Source of the DNA: a virus
Strand: one strand, 5' to 3'
Length of the DNA stretch: 64,000 nt
IMG/VR virus record: IMGVR_UViG_3300019458_000005
Coordinates: 1-64,000 of that record
Shown here: positions 8,435 to 16,493 of the stretch, piece after piece
Layout of the letters: each line of letters begins with the position of its first letter
How positions within the stretch are numbered: the stretch's first letter is position 1
Notes under the pieces: model-generated
Databases searched by the model: none
What the model was told of the DNA's origin: nothing
The model's input: the letters and a program-made list of their open reading frames with translations, nothing else
Position numbers and translations under genes: made by a program

Positions 8435-9742
8435 CTACTTCTCGGTGATGTCTTGCGAGCCACGCCGGTCACTCCACGTGTCCGGCGACATGTCGTGATG
8501 CATGGCGATCCCAGGCACGGCCTGTTTGATCGCCTCGCCCATCTGCTGGGCGACCGCGCGGAGGGTCGGGTGGACGGTTTTCCCCGAGCGCAGCTCGGCG
8601 ATGTAGACCGCCGAGGGCAGCGTGCAGGACATGACGATTGGCACCTGGAGCCCCATAGGCAGGTAGTACTGTCGGGTCTTCGGGTCTTCGCGCTCGAGCC
8701 ACTTCGAGACGCTGTTCAGCGATTTCTGAGCGGAGGCTGTGATCGCCGGAGGCAATTGCTCCAGGTACCAGGGGTGGAAGCCCCACTCGGGCCGGAGGAG
8801 CGGCATTCCTTGCACGCTCGAGCGCTGCCGCTGCAGGTCGCGGTAGCTACCGAAGTCGAGCATGAACTCGAACACGAGGTGGCCGAACATTCGGAAGCGT
8901 TGGTGGAGCTCGGTTCTAGGAGGCCTGGTTTGGAGAAGGATGCGTCGCTTGGGGTCCTTGTCGAGCTCGGCGAGCAAGTTGACGCACTCGAACTCGTATG
9001 GCCTGTTTTTGAGGCAATCCGGCGTCCAGTAAGCGAACTGATCCATGCTGTCGAGCAGGTACTGGCACTGCTCGTCCGAGAGCGTCTGGCCGAAGCTCGA
9101 CGGGTAGCGCTCCATGAGCTCGCTGCGCATCTGAATAGCCAACTGCTCGACCTCGTGGAGTGGGTGGTGGCGGAGCTCCTCGAGGTGGTCGTGAGCCTGT
9201 CGGAGGTTCGTGGTCCAGGCCACGTTGGTGCTGGCTCCAGCCGGCAGGAGCGCACGACAGATGTCGAACGTGCGCGCGTTGATGGCCTTCTGGTGGACTT
9301 CCGGCTTGATGTCGTCCGGGCAGGGGTGCTTGAGCTTTAGGACCTCTCGCACGCGCTCTTGGGCCTCCGTGTAGAGCTCGCGCCAGGTGTCCTGGATCTG
9401 CGTTCCGCGCTCCGTGCCTAGCGGGTTCAGGAACTCTACGGTGCTCATGTCCATGTAGCGGGTCGAGGCCTCCTGACCGCTGTAGAGCGGCGTATCCTGG
9501 ATGGCCTTGGCGGCGAGCATGGAGACACCCTCGAAGAACATCGCGATGTGCCCGCAGTCGCCGATGCTCTTATGTCCGTAGCCGATATAAAACCGCTCGT
9601 GGAATGCAGCTGAGCCCCTTTTCTTGACCTGTTCTATATGCTCCGTAACGGTTCTAGGGCTACGTGAATAGAGGGCCATGAGCATGGCCAAGTCTTGCGG
9701 GTTGGGAACGTCACGTCCGTCTAGAACGACGATCTTGGGCAC
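8435..9742 (-). CDS. thyX: ThyX-like (Thy1-domain) flavin-dependent thymidylate synthase homologue, long tandem-domain form
   Basis: GYGHKSIGDCGHIAMFFEGVS..QEASTRY resembles the ThyX core, followed by a second Thy1-like half with YRDLQRQRS where ThyX has RHR. GTG start. The first ~60 codons use A/T-ending codons, unlike the rest. Confidence 0.55.
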   Translation of the reverse strand: MPKIVVLDGRDVPNPQDLAMLMALYSRSPRTVTEHIEQVKKRGSAAFHERFYIGYGHKSIGDCGHIAMFFEGVSMLAAKAIQDTPLYSGQEASTRYMDMSTVEFLNPLGTERGTQIQDTWRELYTEAQERVREVLKLKHPCPDDIKPEVHQKAINARTFDICRALLPAGASTNVAWTTNLRQAHDHLEELRHHPLHEVEQLAIQMRSELMERYPSSFGQTLSDEQCQYLLDSMDQFAYWTPDCLKNRPYEFECVNLLAELDKDPKRRILLQTRPPRTELHQRFRMFGHLVFEFMLDFGSYRDLQRQRSSVQGMPLLRPEWGFHPWYLEQLPPAITASAQKSLNSVSKWLEREDPKTRQYYLPMGLQVPIVMSCTLPSAVYIAELRSGKTVHPTLRAVAQQMGEAIKQAVPGIAMHHDMSPDTWSDRRGSQDITEK

Positions 9743-10736
9743 GCGCTAGCCTCCTGAGTTTACGTGTCATGGTTTTCCAAGAGAGTCGATACCAGTCAGG
9801 TAGGTCGATGTTTTGGCCGCGGTGAATGACCATCAGGCGGAGTCCGTAGCCAGCCGCGACCACGGCTCGACCTTTCGCTCGAACCTGAGCGAAGATGGCT
9901 TGGTCGTAGAAGCCAAGCGTCACGAAACTCTTGACCTCTACTACCTGTGCTGTTGACAGAATGAAGATATCCGGGATGTAGCGACGCGTTCTATTGCGGA
10001 ATCGGTAGCGGAAAGTGGGCTTCCCTTCGGACGCAGTGAAGGCCAGATCATTGGGTTTTGCGCCTTTGGCGAGCAGGAACGCCACGGCCTTTCCTTCGGC
10101 GCCCTGAACCAAGACAGTGCGAGACCCGACCTTGATCGGGCGCCGACGGTACTGGGACGTGTCACACAGCGGACAGCCGTTACCGGATAGCAGCTGATTT
10201 GGTGATGTGCTCCAGATGTGACCTTTCGAGCAGCGATGACGTAGAGGCACGAGCGCGGTGATGTAATGGTCGAGAACGCAAGCGCCAAGGGAACGAGCTT
10301 CGGCGATGTAAGTCTCGTGCGTCTTCCGGCTTCGCGGGCCAATGGTCTCCTCGTAGCATCTACGACAGCCGGACCGCCGGTGAATCACGTTTGCTGGTTT
10401 TGTCTCGAACTCGCCGTGCTTGAAGCAGGTATAGACGAGCTTGATGTTGGCGCCGCGGTAGGTGCCGACGACGCGGAGACGATCGCCGTGGATCTGTCGA
10501 ACTGCCGAGACGTGGTCGTCGTGTTTGGTGCGGTGTCTGTCGTGAGCGCATAGAGCGCAACCATGACCGACCTCGATGTTTGACGCCAGCGCCTTGAAGC
10601 GACCGTGTATTGGGCACTCGTAGGTGACGCGACGGAGCGAGTGCTTGTAGATACTGACTACTGCCAGCGCAGAGCCGTGCCGAAGCTGGACCCTGCGGAG
10701 GTGTTCATTGTGGGTTTTGGTCATGTCATTACCAGC
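9550..10736 (-). mobile_element. free-standing homing-endonuclease cassette including a foreign-looking 5' tract of thyX
   Basis: Visibly lower G+C and A/T-ending codons from about 9550 to 10736. The tract contains the endonuclease ORF and the first ~60 codons of the ThyX-like gene. A displaced native 5' copy lies just upstream (10737-10868). Confidence 0.5.
9711..10724 (-). CDS. homing-endonuclease-like protein (three zinc-ribbon repeats plus PD-(D/E)xK core)
   Basis: Three repeats of Y/H.C..HG.F......G.GC..C (YECPIHGRF..GHGCALC, YTCFKHGEF..RSGCRRC, HRCSKGHIW..GNGCPLC). C-terminal YIPDIF..VVEVKS. Low-GC codon usage. The 3' end overlaps the thyX start by 32 nt. Confidence 0.55.
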   Translation of the reverse strand: MTKTHNEHLRRVQLRHGSALAVVSIYKHSLRRVTYECPIHGRFKALASNIEVGHGCALCAHDRHRTKHDDHVSAVRQIHGDRLRVVGTYRGANIKLVYTCFKHGEFETKPANVIHRRSGCRRCYEETIGPRSRKTHETYIAEARSLGACVLDHYITALVPLRHRCSKGHIWSTSPNQLLSGNGCPLCDTSQYRRRPIKVGSRTVLVQGAEGKAVAFLLAKGAKPNDLAFTASEGKPTFRYRFRNRTRRYIPDIFILSTAQVVEVKSFVTLGFYDQAIFAQVRAKGRAVVAAGYGLRLMVIHRGQNIDLPDWYRLSWKTMTRKLRRLARAQDRRSRRT

Positions 10737-10868
10737 TTAGCCAACGCAAGCACTGACCTTCTCGAGGTGCTCGGTCACCGACTTCGGACTGCGCGAGTAA
10801 AGCGCCTGGAGCATCGCCAGATCCTCGGGGCTAGGCACGTCGCGACCATCGAGCACGATGAGCTTCAC
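10737..10868 (-). pseudogene. displaced 5' fragment of the ThyX-like gene (43 codons then stop)
   Basis: VKLIVLDGRDVPSPEDLAMLQALYSRSPKSVTEHLEKVSACVG*. 28 of 37 aligned residues are identical to residues 3-39 of the intact gene (PKIVVLDGRDVPNPQDLAMLMALYSRSPRTVTEHIEQV). It is written in GC-rich codons. GTGA-coupled to the upstream gene. Confidence 0.7.
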
Positions 10869-11098
10869 GCGTCGTCGTCCTTCACGTAGTTGCTTCCCGA
10901 GTCGCAACCCGAGTTACAGAGAGCCCCTGACCGGATCGCGTCGGTCAGCCGGCCGAGAGCGATCAGTAATGCGTCCTCCTCGTTGTGGTTGTGCGTAGAA
11001 GTCACTCCGGCTACGAGCTCTCCGTCGATCCTCAGGCTGAGGTCAGCGCGCTTGAGTTTCGTGTCCTTGTAGGTCGCTCCCGAGATCTCGACCTTCAC
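10865..11098 (-). CDS. hypothetical protein (77 aa)
   Basis: GTG 11098 forms a GTGA overlap with the nuclease stop (VKVEISGATYKDTKLKRADLSLRIDG...). Confidence 0.5.
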   Translation of the reverse strand: MKVEISGATYKDTKLKRADLSLRIDGELVAGVTSTHNHNEEDALLIALGRLTDAIRSGALCNSGCDSGSNYVKDDDA

Positions 11099-12441
11099 GC
11101 GTCCCCTCCGTCCTTCTCGCGCACCTCGACCCAGGTGGCCGTGTCGAGCGACTCGTGCCTCTTGAGCTCGTTGAGCGCGAACTGGTTGTTCTTGCAGTAG
11201 GCCAGCGTGGCCTTGCGCTCGAGGCCGTTGGTTCGGACCACGAACTCGTACACGTCTACGCCCATGAGCGTGGGCGTCTTTTCGAGCGCGGTCCAGTGGA
11301 ACCCCGTCAGCGGCCGCCGGCCGATCTTGGCCTTCCACGCTCCCCAGTTGCGCTGGCCGTTGCCCAGCCGCTTCCGGATCTCGCTCGCGACCGCGCTCTT
11401 GATCGAGCCAGCGCTGTCCTGGAGGGTCTTGGCGCGGTGGAACCAGGCGGCCAGTTCCTCGTTGGTCTTGTCCTCGGCCAGCGCGTCGGCGACGGCCAGC
11501 TCGAACGGACTGGCGCCTTCTCTGGGCGTGGGACCCAGGAGGCTCTGCGCGACCCAGCGCGAGCCTTCCTTGCAGCGGAGCACGTAGGGGCACCCCGCGC
11601 AGTGGTCCCCGGTGGTGGCCTTGAGCGCCAGGTCCGGGTTCTGCATGTCCCGCACGATGCGGCGCACCTCCATGATCCCGTAGCCCATGAGCTCGTCGTC
11701 GTAGGGGATCTCGACCACCGCCCGCTCGAGCAGGAAGTAGTAGCGCATCTTGAGCGCGCGCCCCGGCCACATTTCGCGTCCGATCGCGAAGTAGATGAAG
11801 GTCTGAGGGGCGAGCTCGAGCTCGAACTTGCGACGCAGCACGCCGCTCTTGTAGTCGCCGATCACGGTGAACTGATCCTCGATGTCGACGCGGTCCAGGA
11901 CTGCCGCCACCACGACCGGGTTGTCCTTGCTCCCGAGGTTCACGGTGGCCTCGAGCTCGGCCGCCTTGACGTGGGTCATGTCGATCGGAGCCACCAACTT
12001 GATCGCCTCGAGCACGGCGTCGTAGAGGAGCTTGTGCCAGCCCATCGCGTCCGTGAGGTGAGCCAGGTACTTGGTAAGCTCGCGCTTCCCGGCCTTGGGT
12101 GAGTCGAGCACGTGACCGTCGATCCGCACGCGCGCAGCGGCCTCGAGGACCGCGTGGAGCGCGATCCCGATCTCGGACTTGGAGGCCTGCGGTGGGTGCT
12201 TGGGGTCTGCGTCCGCGGGGAGCTCCTGCGGCTCCTGGAGGTGCGACCTCCAGCGGAATGCCCAGCGACGCGGACAATCGCGCCACACGTTGATCTGACT
12301 GACCGAGACCCCGCGCGGCGGCACGAAAGCCTGCGCGTCCCGAGCCAGCTGGCTGGCCAGCTCGGACGTGACTCCGGCTGGTATGGGTGGATCTTCGGCG
12401 GCCTTGAACTCGGTCGAGTCCGCCGGTTTATGAACGCGCAT
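11095..12441 (-). CDS. Cas4/RecB-like PD-(D/E)xK exonuclease
   Basis: C.RRW near the N-terminus, VLDRVDI..VIGDYKSG (D..DYK core), and a C-terminal Cys triad GDHCAGCPYVLRC typical of the Cas4/AddB Fe-S cluster. The alternative 473-aa frame is Arg/Gly-rich junk. Confidence 0.7.
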   Translation of the reverse strand: MRVHKPADSTEFKAAEDPPIPAGVTSELASQLARDAQAFVPPRGVSVSQINVWRDCPRRWAFRWRSHLQEPQELPADADPKHPPQASKSEIGIALHAVLEAAARVRIDGHVLDSPKAGKRELTKYLAHLTDAMGWHKLLYDAVLEAIKLVAPIDMTHVKAAELEATVNLGSKDNPVVVAAVLDRVDIEDQFTVIGDYKSGVLRRKFELELAPQTFIYFAIGREMWPGRALKMRYYFLLERAVVEIPYDDELMGYGIMEVRRIVRDMQNPDLALKATTGDHCAGCPYVLRCKEGSRWVAQSLLGPTPREGASPFELAVADALAEDKTNEELAAWFHRAKTLQDSAGSIKSAVASEIRKRLGNGQRNWGAWKAKIGRRPLTGFHWTALEKTPTLMGVDVYEFVVRTNGLERKATLAYCKNNQFALNELKRHESLDTATWVEVREKDGGDA

Positions 12442-12462
12442 GGTTTGACCTGGAGTGGAAGC

Positions 12463-12530
12463 GCGACCCGCCGCCCGTAGGGCGCAGTCTTGGAAAGTGG
12501 GGACGGAACCCCAACCGAGCGGCGGGTCGC
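12463..12530. other. 12-bp inverted repeat flanking a 44-nt spacer (terminator or regulatory structure)
   Basis: GCGACCCGCCGC (12463-12474) and GCGGCGGGTCGC (12519-12530), between the SSB-like stop and the nuclease start. Confidence 0.3.
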
Positions 12531-12536
12531 TATGTA

Positions 12537-13229
12537 CTAGAACGGAATGTCGTCGTCAGCCGGCGGCGGGTCGTCGTTGTCCTGCGACGGAGCCGGCTGC
12601 GGAGCCGTGCCGGCCTTGGACGGCTTACCGGAGCCCTGCGGAGTGGCCTGCGGCTTCCCGTTGGTCGCTTGCGGCTTGCCGCTGGGCTTGTTGTTGCCAG
12701 GGTCGGTCTTCTGGCTCGGGCCGGCCTTGACCCAGCTGGCCGACGGGGCTACGAACTGCGTGATCTTCGGCCGCCACTCGTTGGAGCCCTTGGGGTACTC
12801 CTCGTTCACGATCACGGCCTTGATCAGCCGGCCGGTCGCGAGCGCCTCGCGCACGTTGTAGCCCTCGGTGTCGTCGTCCGGGAGAGCCAGGATCTTCGCG
12901 AACTCGTCCGGGAGGACGAACTCGACGAAGTTCCACCACCACCCACCGTCGGCCACGGCGTAGTAGTCGACCTGCACGTAGCCACCCTGGTCGGTGTCTC
13001 CTCGGAACCCGACCACGACCCGGATCATGGGTTCGTGGTTCCTGGAGAGCAGCGGCTTCTTGTCCTTGTCCTTGAACACCACGCTCAGGATGATCCCGTG
13101 GTGTTCGTCGTCGCTCAGTCCGTAGCGGCTGTAGTCCTTGAACTCCATCGGGAATCCGAACCGCATCTGCGTGCGGTCGATCTGTCCCACTACCGGTGGG
13201 CTCTTGGCTCCTTGCTTCGTCGCTCTCAT
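12537..13229 (-). CDS. single-stranded-DNA-binding-like protein with bacterial SSB C-terminal tip
   Basis: ATG 13229 with AAGGAG 9 nt upstream. Gly/Pro/Gln-rich linker, then PPADDDIPF*, identical to the conserved SSB tail tip. The N-terminal body is not a canonical SSB OB sequence. Confidence 0.6.
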   Translation of the reverse strand: MRATKQGAKSPPVVGQIDRTQMRFGFPMEFKDYSRYGLSDDEHHGIILSVVFKDKDKKPLLSRNHEPMIRVVVGFRGDTDQGGYVQVDYYAVADGGWWWNFVEFVLPDEFAKILALPDDDTEGYNVREALATGRLIKAVIVNEEYPKGSNEWRPKITQFVAPSASWVKAGPSQKTDPGNNKPSGKPQATNGKPQATPQGSGKPSKAGTAPQPAPSQDNDDPPPADDDIPF

Positions 13230-13270
13230 GTCGTCGATCTCCTTCTGCTGGTTGATGGTGACGGCCAGTC

Positions 13271-14287
13271 CTACGTGGGCTGCGCCTGCTGTTCGCTCTC
13301 GACCCGCGCGGCCTTGCTGGCCGCGTAGAGGATCTTCCGGTACGTGTAACCGGTCACGTTGTCCCCGACCTTGACGTCCACACCCAGGCGGGCGCAGCAC
13401 TGCGCGAGCTGATCCGTGCCCAGGTTTGGCCCGAGCGCGGTCATGGCCTTGAGGAACCGGTCCTGCGGGACCAGTTGCGTGGACGGGTAGCCCATGAGCC
13501 GCTCGAGCATGTCGCCTTCGAAGCCGACCTCGATCAGGGCCGCGCGAGACTTCTCGAGGTCTTCCGTCCCCTCGGAGACGCGAGCTGGCGTCGGAAGCTC
13601 GGCGCGCTTGGGCGGTCCTGAGGAAGCTGCCGGTGACTGGCCGTTCGCCTTGGTCGGCCGTCCGGAGGCCTGAGGCGACGTGCTGGGCTCGTTGTCGTTC
13701 TCGGGCACGGTCTCGTCTTCGTCCTCGTGGGGCTGTTGTGCGCGCCGCTCGGCTGGACTCTCGGACTGCGGTTGTTCGCCGCCCTGCTCGAGGCCCAGGC
13801 CCAGGTTCACGCCGAACGTGAGCCCGATGCGCTTCCAGGCGTCGCTCTCGGCCGCCTTGAGCGCCTTCTCATAGGCGCTGCCCTGGTCGCGGTCGTAGCT
13901 GGTGTGAGCGCCGAAGGCCTGCCGCTTGGTGACGGAGAACAAGAACGGCATGTCTGGTCTCTTGTCGGCGTCGTCGTAGCGCGCCCGGAGTTCGAGCTTC
14001 AGCTTCACGGTGACCGTGCAGTACCAGCTCCGGCCGTTCTCGGAGCGACCCTCCTTGGTGGCGAGCTGCTCGACCTCGCAGTCGAAGTCGAGCCCGAACA
14101 GCGAGGCGAAGCGGCCCCGCACGTAGGTGTGCTCGACGTACTCGTAGAACTGCGTCTCGAGCTCCCCGGTCTTCTTGTTCTTGACCTTGGCTCCCTCGCG
14201 GGCCTGGATCGTGCCGTCGGGAAGAGGCACCTCCAGCGCAATCTCGATCTCGCGCTTGGAGAGCTTCTTGGTGGTTTCGGTGCTCAT
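13271..14287 (-). CDS. Rad52/Sak-like single-strand annealing protein
   Basis: YVRGRFASLFGLDFDCEV.. and SAYEKALKAAESDAWKRIGLTFGVNLGL resemble the Rad52-family core. GGAG upstream of ATG 14287. Confidence 0.6.
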   Translation of the reverse strand: MSTETTKKLSKREIEIALEVPLPDGTIQAREGAKVKNKKTGELETQFYEYVEHTYVRGRFASLFGLDFDCEVEQLATKEGRSENGRSWYCTVTVKLKLELRARYDDADKRPDMPFLFSVTKRQAFGAHTSYDRDQGSAYEKALKAAESDAWKRIGLTFGVNLGLGLEQGGEQPQSESPAERRAQQPHEDEDETVPENDNEPSTSPQASGRPTKANGQSPAASSGPPKRAELPTPARVSEGTEDLEKSRAALIEVGFEGDMLERLMGYPSTQLVPQDRFLKAMTALGPNLGTDQLAQCCARLGVDVKVGDNVTGYTYRKILYAASKAARVESEQQAQPT

Positions 14288-14372
14288 GTAAGGCGTCACT
14301 CCTTCGTTGCTTGCGTATTGGCAGGGATGCTCGTATCCTGACCGGGTCCTCTGATTGCTTCTGCTGCGTTGT

Positions 14373-14402
14373 CCGGCCCCGGGAGCGTCACCCCGGGGCC
14401 GG
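14373..14402. terminator. GC-rich hairpin between helicase and annealase genes
   Basis: CCGGCCCCGGG-agcgtcac-CCCGGGGCCGG: 11-bp stem. The T-run (GCTGTTTTCT) follows on the plus strand only. Confidence 0.35.
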
Positions 14403-14425
14403 GCTGTTTTCTGATGCGCAGCCGG

Positions 14426-15862
14426 TCACACGCACCCTTCCATGAGCCCGCCCATGCCCTCGTTCTTGAGACACCAGGCGCGAACCTTGGGATGCATCGA
14501 GACCTTCCGTCGGCCGGGCCAGCCAGTCAGGTAGAGCCCGTCCAGCGATCGCACGCGAGAGAGCGCCACGTAGGCCTGCCCTGGCGCGAACGTGCGCGAG
14601 AGGTCGAGCGAGACTTGGTCGAGGGTCATGCCCTGGGTACGGTGGACAGTCAGCGCGTAGCTGAGCTTCAGGGGGAACTGTTCCATCTCGGCCAGGACCT
14701 TCTTGTTCCCGTAGGCGTCTCGCTCGGTGAGCTTCCAGGTGTGCTTGCTGACCCGGATCGGGTTCTCGGTGATCGGCCGGTCGAGGAGGACCAGAATGTG
14801 GAACTCCTCCAGCTCGACCACGGTCCCCAGGCTGCCGTTCACGTAGCGGTCGGAGTTGTTGTGGGTGCAGATCACACGCGCGCCGATCCGCAGGCGCAGG
14901 AACTCCGGAGACGGGCAGTCGCGCACGACTTGGTCCACGAGCCCGTCGTGCTCCGTGTAGATGTCGGCCTCGTAGACTCGCTCCGTAAGCGGGTCGCAGC
15001 TTTCTAGCCCGCGCTCATTGGCTTCTGCGGCTTGCGCGTTGGTGGTGACCACGAACACCGGGGGCCGGGTCGGGTCGTGAGGGATCCTGCGAGCCAACAA
15101 CGTGCGCTCGTCGTCGACTGAGAGCACGCCCAGGCGAGCGCGGTTGAGGAGCCCGATGAATTGCGCGTCGTGCTGACGCTGCGGCTCGAGGAGTCGGCAG
15201 ACCGTCAGGCCGGCTGCTTCGAGGGCTTTCCAGGCGCCACTTTCGAATGGGAAGAGAGGCTCCTGACTCTGCCCTTTCCGGTGGCGGTCGGCCTTATCTA
15301 CGGGCGGCAGTTGGCCCAGGTCGCCCACGAGCACGACCTGGAGGCCTCCGAACGGGAGGTGAGACGATCCTAGGCGCGCCTCGCGGCATACGCCGTCGAT
15401 CAGGTCGAGGATCTTGGCCGAGGCCATCGAGATCTCGTCCACGATCAGGGTGGTGGCCCGCCAGATCCTGGTCGCCACGTAGTCGCGCCAGCCTGGGCGG
15501 ATCACGATCTCCTCGAGCGTGTTCTCACCGATGCCGACTCCGGCCCAGCGATGCACGGTGCAGCCGTCGATCGCCAGCGCCGCGATCCCGGTGGTCGCAC
15601 ACACCGCGACCACCTTCTCGCCGCGAACGGGGTGCTTGCCAGGCTCCTCGATGAATCGCCGCAGGACGAAACTCTTTCCGGTGCCCGCGACGCCGGTCAG
15701 GAACACGTTCTTGCCGGCCTGGAGGGCTGCAAGCGCGCGAGCTTGAGAAGGAGACAGAGGCGCCGGAAGCACGACTTCCTGCGCCTTCTCCTGTTGGGCC
15801 GCAAGGAGCTCCTCCCAGCCTTTCCCCTGGCTATCTGCCTGGATGTCCGCTTGGCTGGTCAC
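14426..15862 (-). CDS. PIF1/RecD-like (Dda-type) DNA helicase
   Basis: FLTGVAGTGKS (Walker A), LIVDEISMAS (Walker B), LVGDLGQLPPV, YALTVHRTQGMT, YVALSRVRS. GTG 15862 forms a GTGA overlap with the upstream stop. Confidence 0.85.
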   Translation of the reverse strand: MTSQADIQADSQGKGWEELLAAQQEKAQEVVLPAPLSPSQARALAALQAGKNVFLTGVAGTGKSFVLRRFIEEPGKHPVRGEKVVAVCATTGIAALAIDGCTVHRWAGVGIGENTLEEIVIRPGWRDYVATRIWRATTLIVDEISMASAKILDLIDGVCREARLGSSHLPFGGLQVVLVGDLGQLPPVDKADRHRKGQSQEPLFPFESGAWKALEAAGLTVCRLLEPQRQHDAQFIGLLNRARLGVLSVDDERTLLARRIPHDPTRPPVFVVTTNAQAAEANERGLESCDPLTERVYEADIYTEHDGLVDQVVRDCPSPEFLRLRIGARVICTHNNSDRYVNGSLGTVVELEEFHILVLLDRPITENPIRVSKHTWKLTERDAYGNKKVLAEMEQFPLKLSYALTVHRTQGMTLDQVSLDLSRTFAPGQAYVALSRVRSLDGLYLTGWPGRRKVSMHPKVRAWCLKNEGMGGLMEGCV

Positions 15863-16161
15863 GGAACCCGCTTGGCGCGCTTCTGGAGGAGCTCCAGGAA
15901 CAGCGCCGGGTAGTAGTCGATTGGCCGCTTGGTATCGCTGACGAGGTCGGCCTTGACCCGGAGCATGAGCAGCTTTCGGGAGTGGTCCCAGGCCTGCTGG
16001 TTCACCTGGATGATGATCCCGGCTGGACGTCCGCCCTTCTTGCTGGGCTTGGCGCCCAGTCGCAGCCTGATCCAGCGCCCCTGCTGGCTGACGATCTGCT
16101 CGCGCACCGACTCCTCGGCCGAGCGCACGAAGAGCTCGTGCGTATGGAGGACAGCTGACAT
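15859..16161 (-). CDS. hypothetical protein (100 aa)
   Basis: ATG 16161 (MSAVLHTHELF...) with GAGG 7 nt upstream. Confidence 0.5.
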   Translation of the reverse strand: MSAVLHTHELFVRSAEESVREQIVSQQGRWIRLRLGAKPSKKGGRPAGIIIQVNQQAWDHSRKLLMLRVKADLVSDTKRPIDYYPALFLELLQKRAKRVP

Positions 16162-16222
16162 GGGAGGACCTCGCTTGTAACCGATCAGGCTCGCTGGTCG
16201 CAAGAGGCACACGGTAGAGGAG

Positions 16223-16238
16223 GCAGTGAGTTTTTCAG
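16223..16238 (-). promoter_or_regulatory. promoter-like box CTGAAAAACT-N3-TGC (copy 1)
   Basis: Minus-strand CTGAAAAACTCACTGC, about 60-70 nt upstream of the operon start at 16161. The same 16-nt pattern recurs at 18225 and 24951. Confidence 0.45.
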
Positions 16239-16247
16239 GCAAACCAC

Positions 16248-16493
16248 TTATGCGCGGCGCTCGATGTGTCCGCCTGGATCTTGCTGAATCGGTTGACCGT
16301 CAGCGAACCACGCGCGCTTGCATGTCCGACAGTCGCACAGGCACACGAGCGGTAGCTTGGCGTTCATGTTCGCAAGCGCAGGGCCTACTGCGCTGCTGTC
16401 TCTGTGCTCGAGCACGACTCCGCAGTCCATGTGGACGTATGCTCCGGGCGTGATGTCTCCCCAGAACGGACACCAGGTGTCTGGGTCGCTCAC
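16248..16493 (-). CDS. Cys-rich hypothetical protein (81 aa)
   Basis: GTG 16493 forms a GTGA overlap with the methyltransferase stop (VSDPDTWCPFWG..CLCDCRTC). Confidence 0.5.
   Translation of the reverse strand: MSDPDTWCPFWGDITPGAYVHMDCGVVLEHRDSSAVGPALANMNAKLPLVCLCDCRTCKRAWFADGQPIQQDPGGHIERRA

Noticed and set aside
9711-10868. A group I intron or split-gene reading of the thyX fragment / endonuclease / thyX arrangement.
   Set aside because: The downstream ThyX-like ORF is full length with its own start, and it repeats (rather than continues) the upstream 38 residues. This is a duplication or co-conversion scar, not exon 1 - intron - exon 2.
10865-12286. A 473-aa ORF overlapping the Cas4-like nuclease gene in another frame.
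   Set aside because: Only its last 77 codons (10865-11098) look like a real gene, GTGA-coupled to the nuclease stop. The rest is Arg/Gly/Pro-rich, while the 11095-12441 frame carries the nuclease motifs.
16223-16238. A sigma-54 (-24/-12) reading of CTGAAAAACT-N3-TGC, because the TG...TGC spacing equals TGGCAC-N5-TTGC.
   Set aside because: The near-invariant -24 GG is GA in all three copies, and the -24 box is A-rich instead of GGCAC. I kept it as an unclassified promoter-like box.
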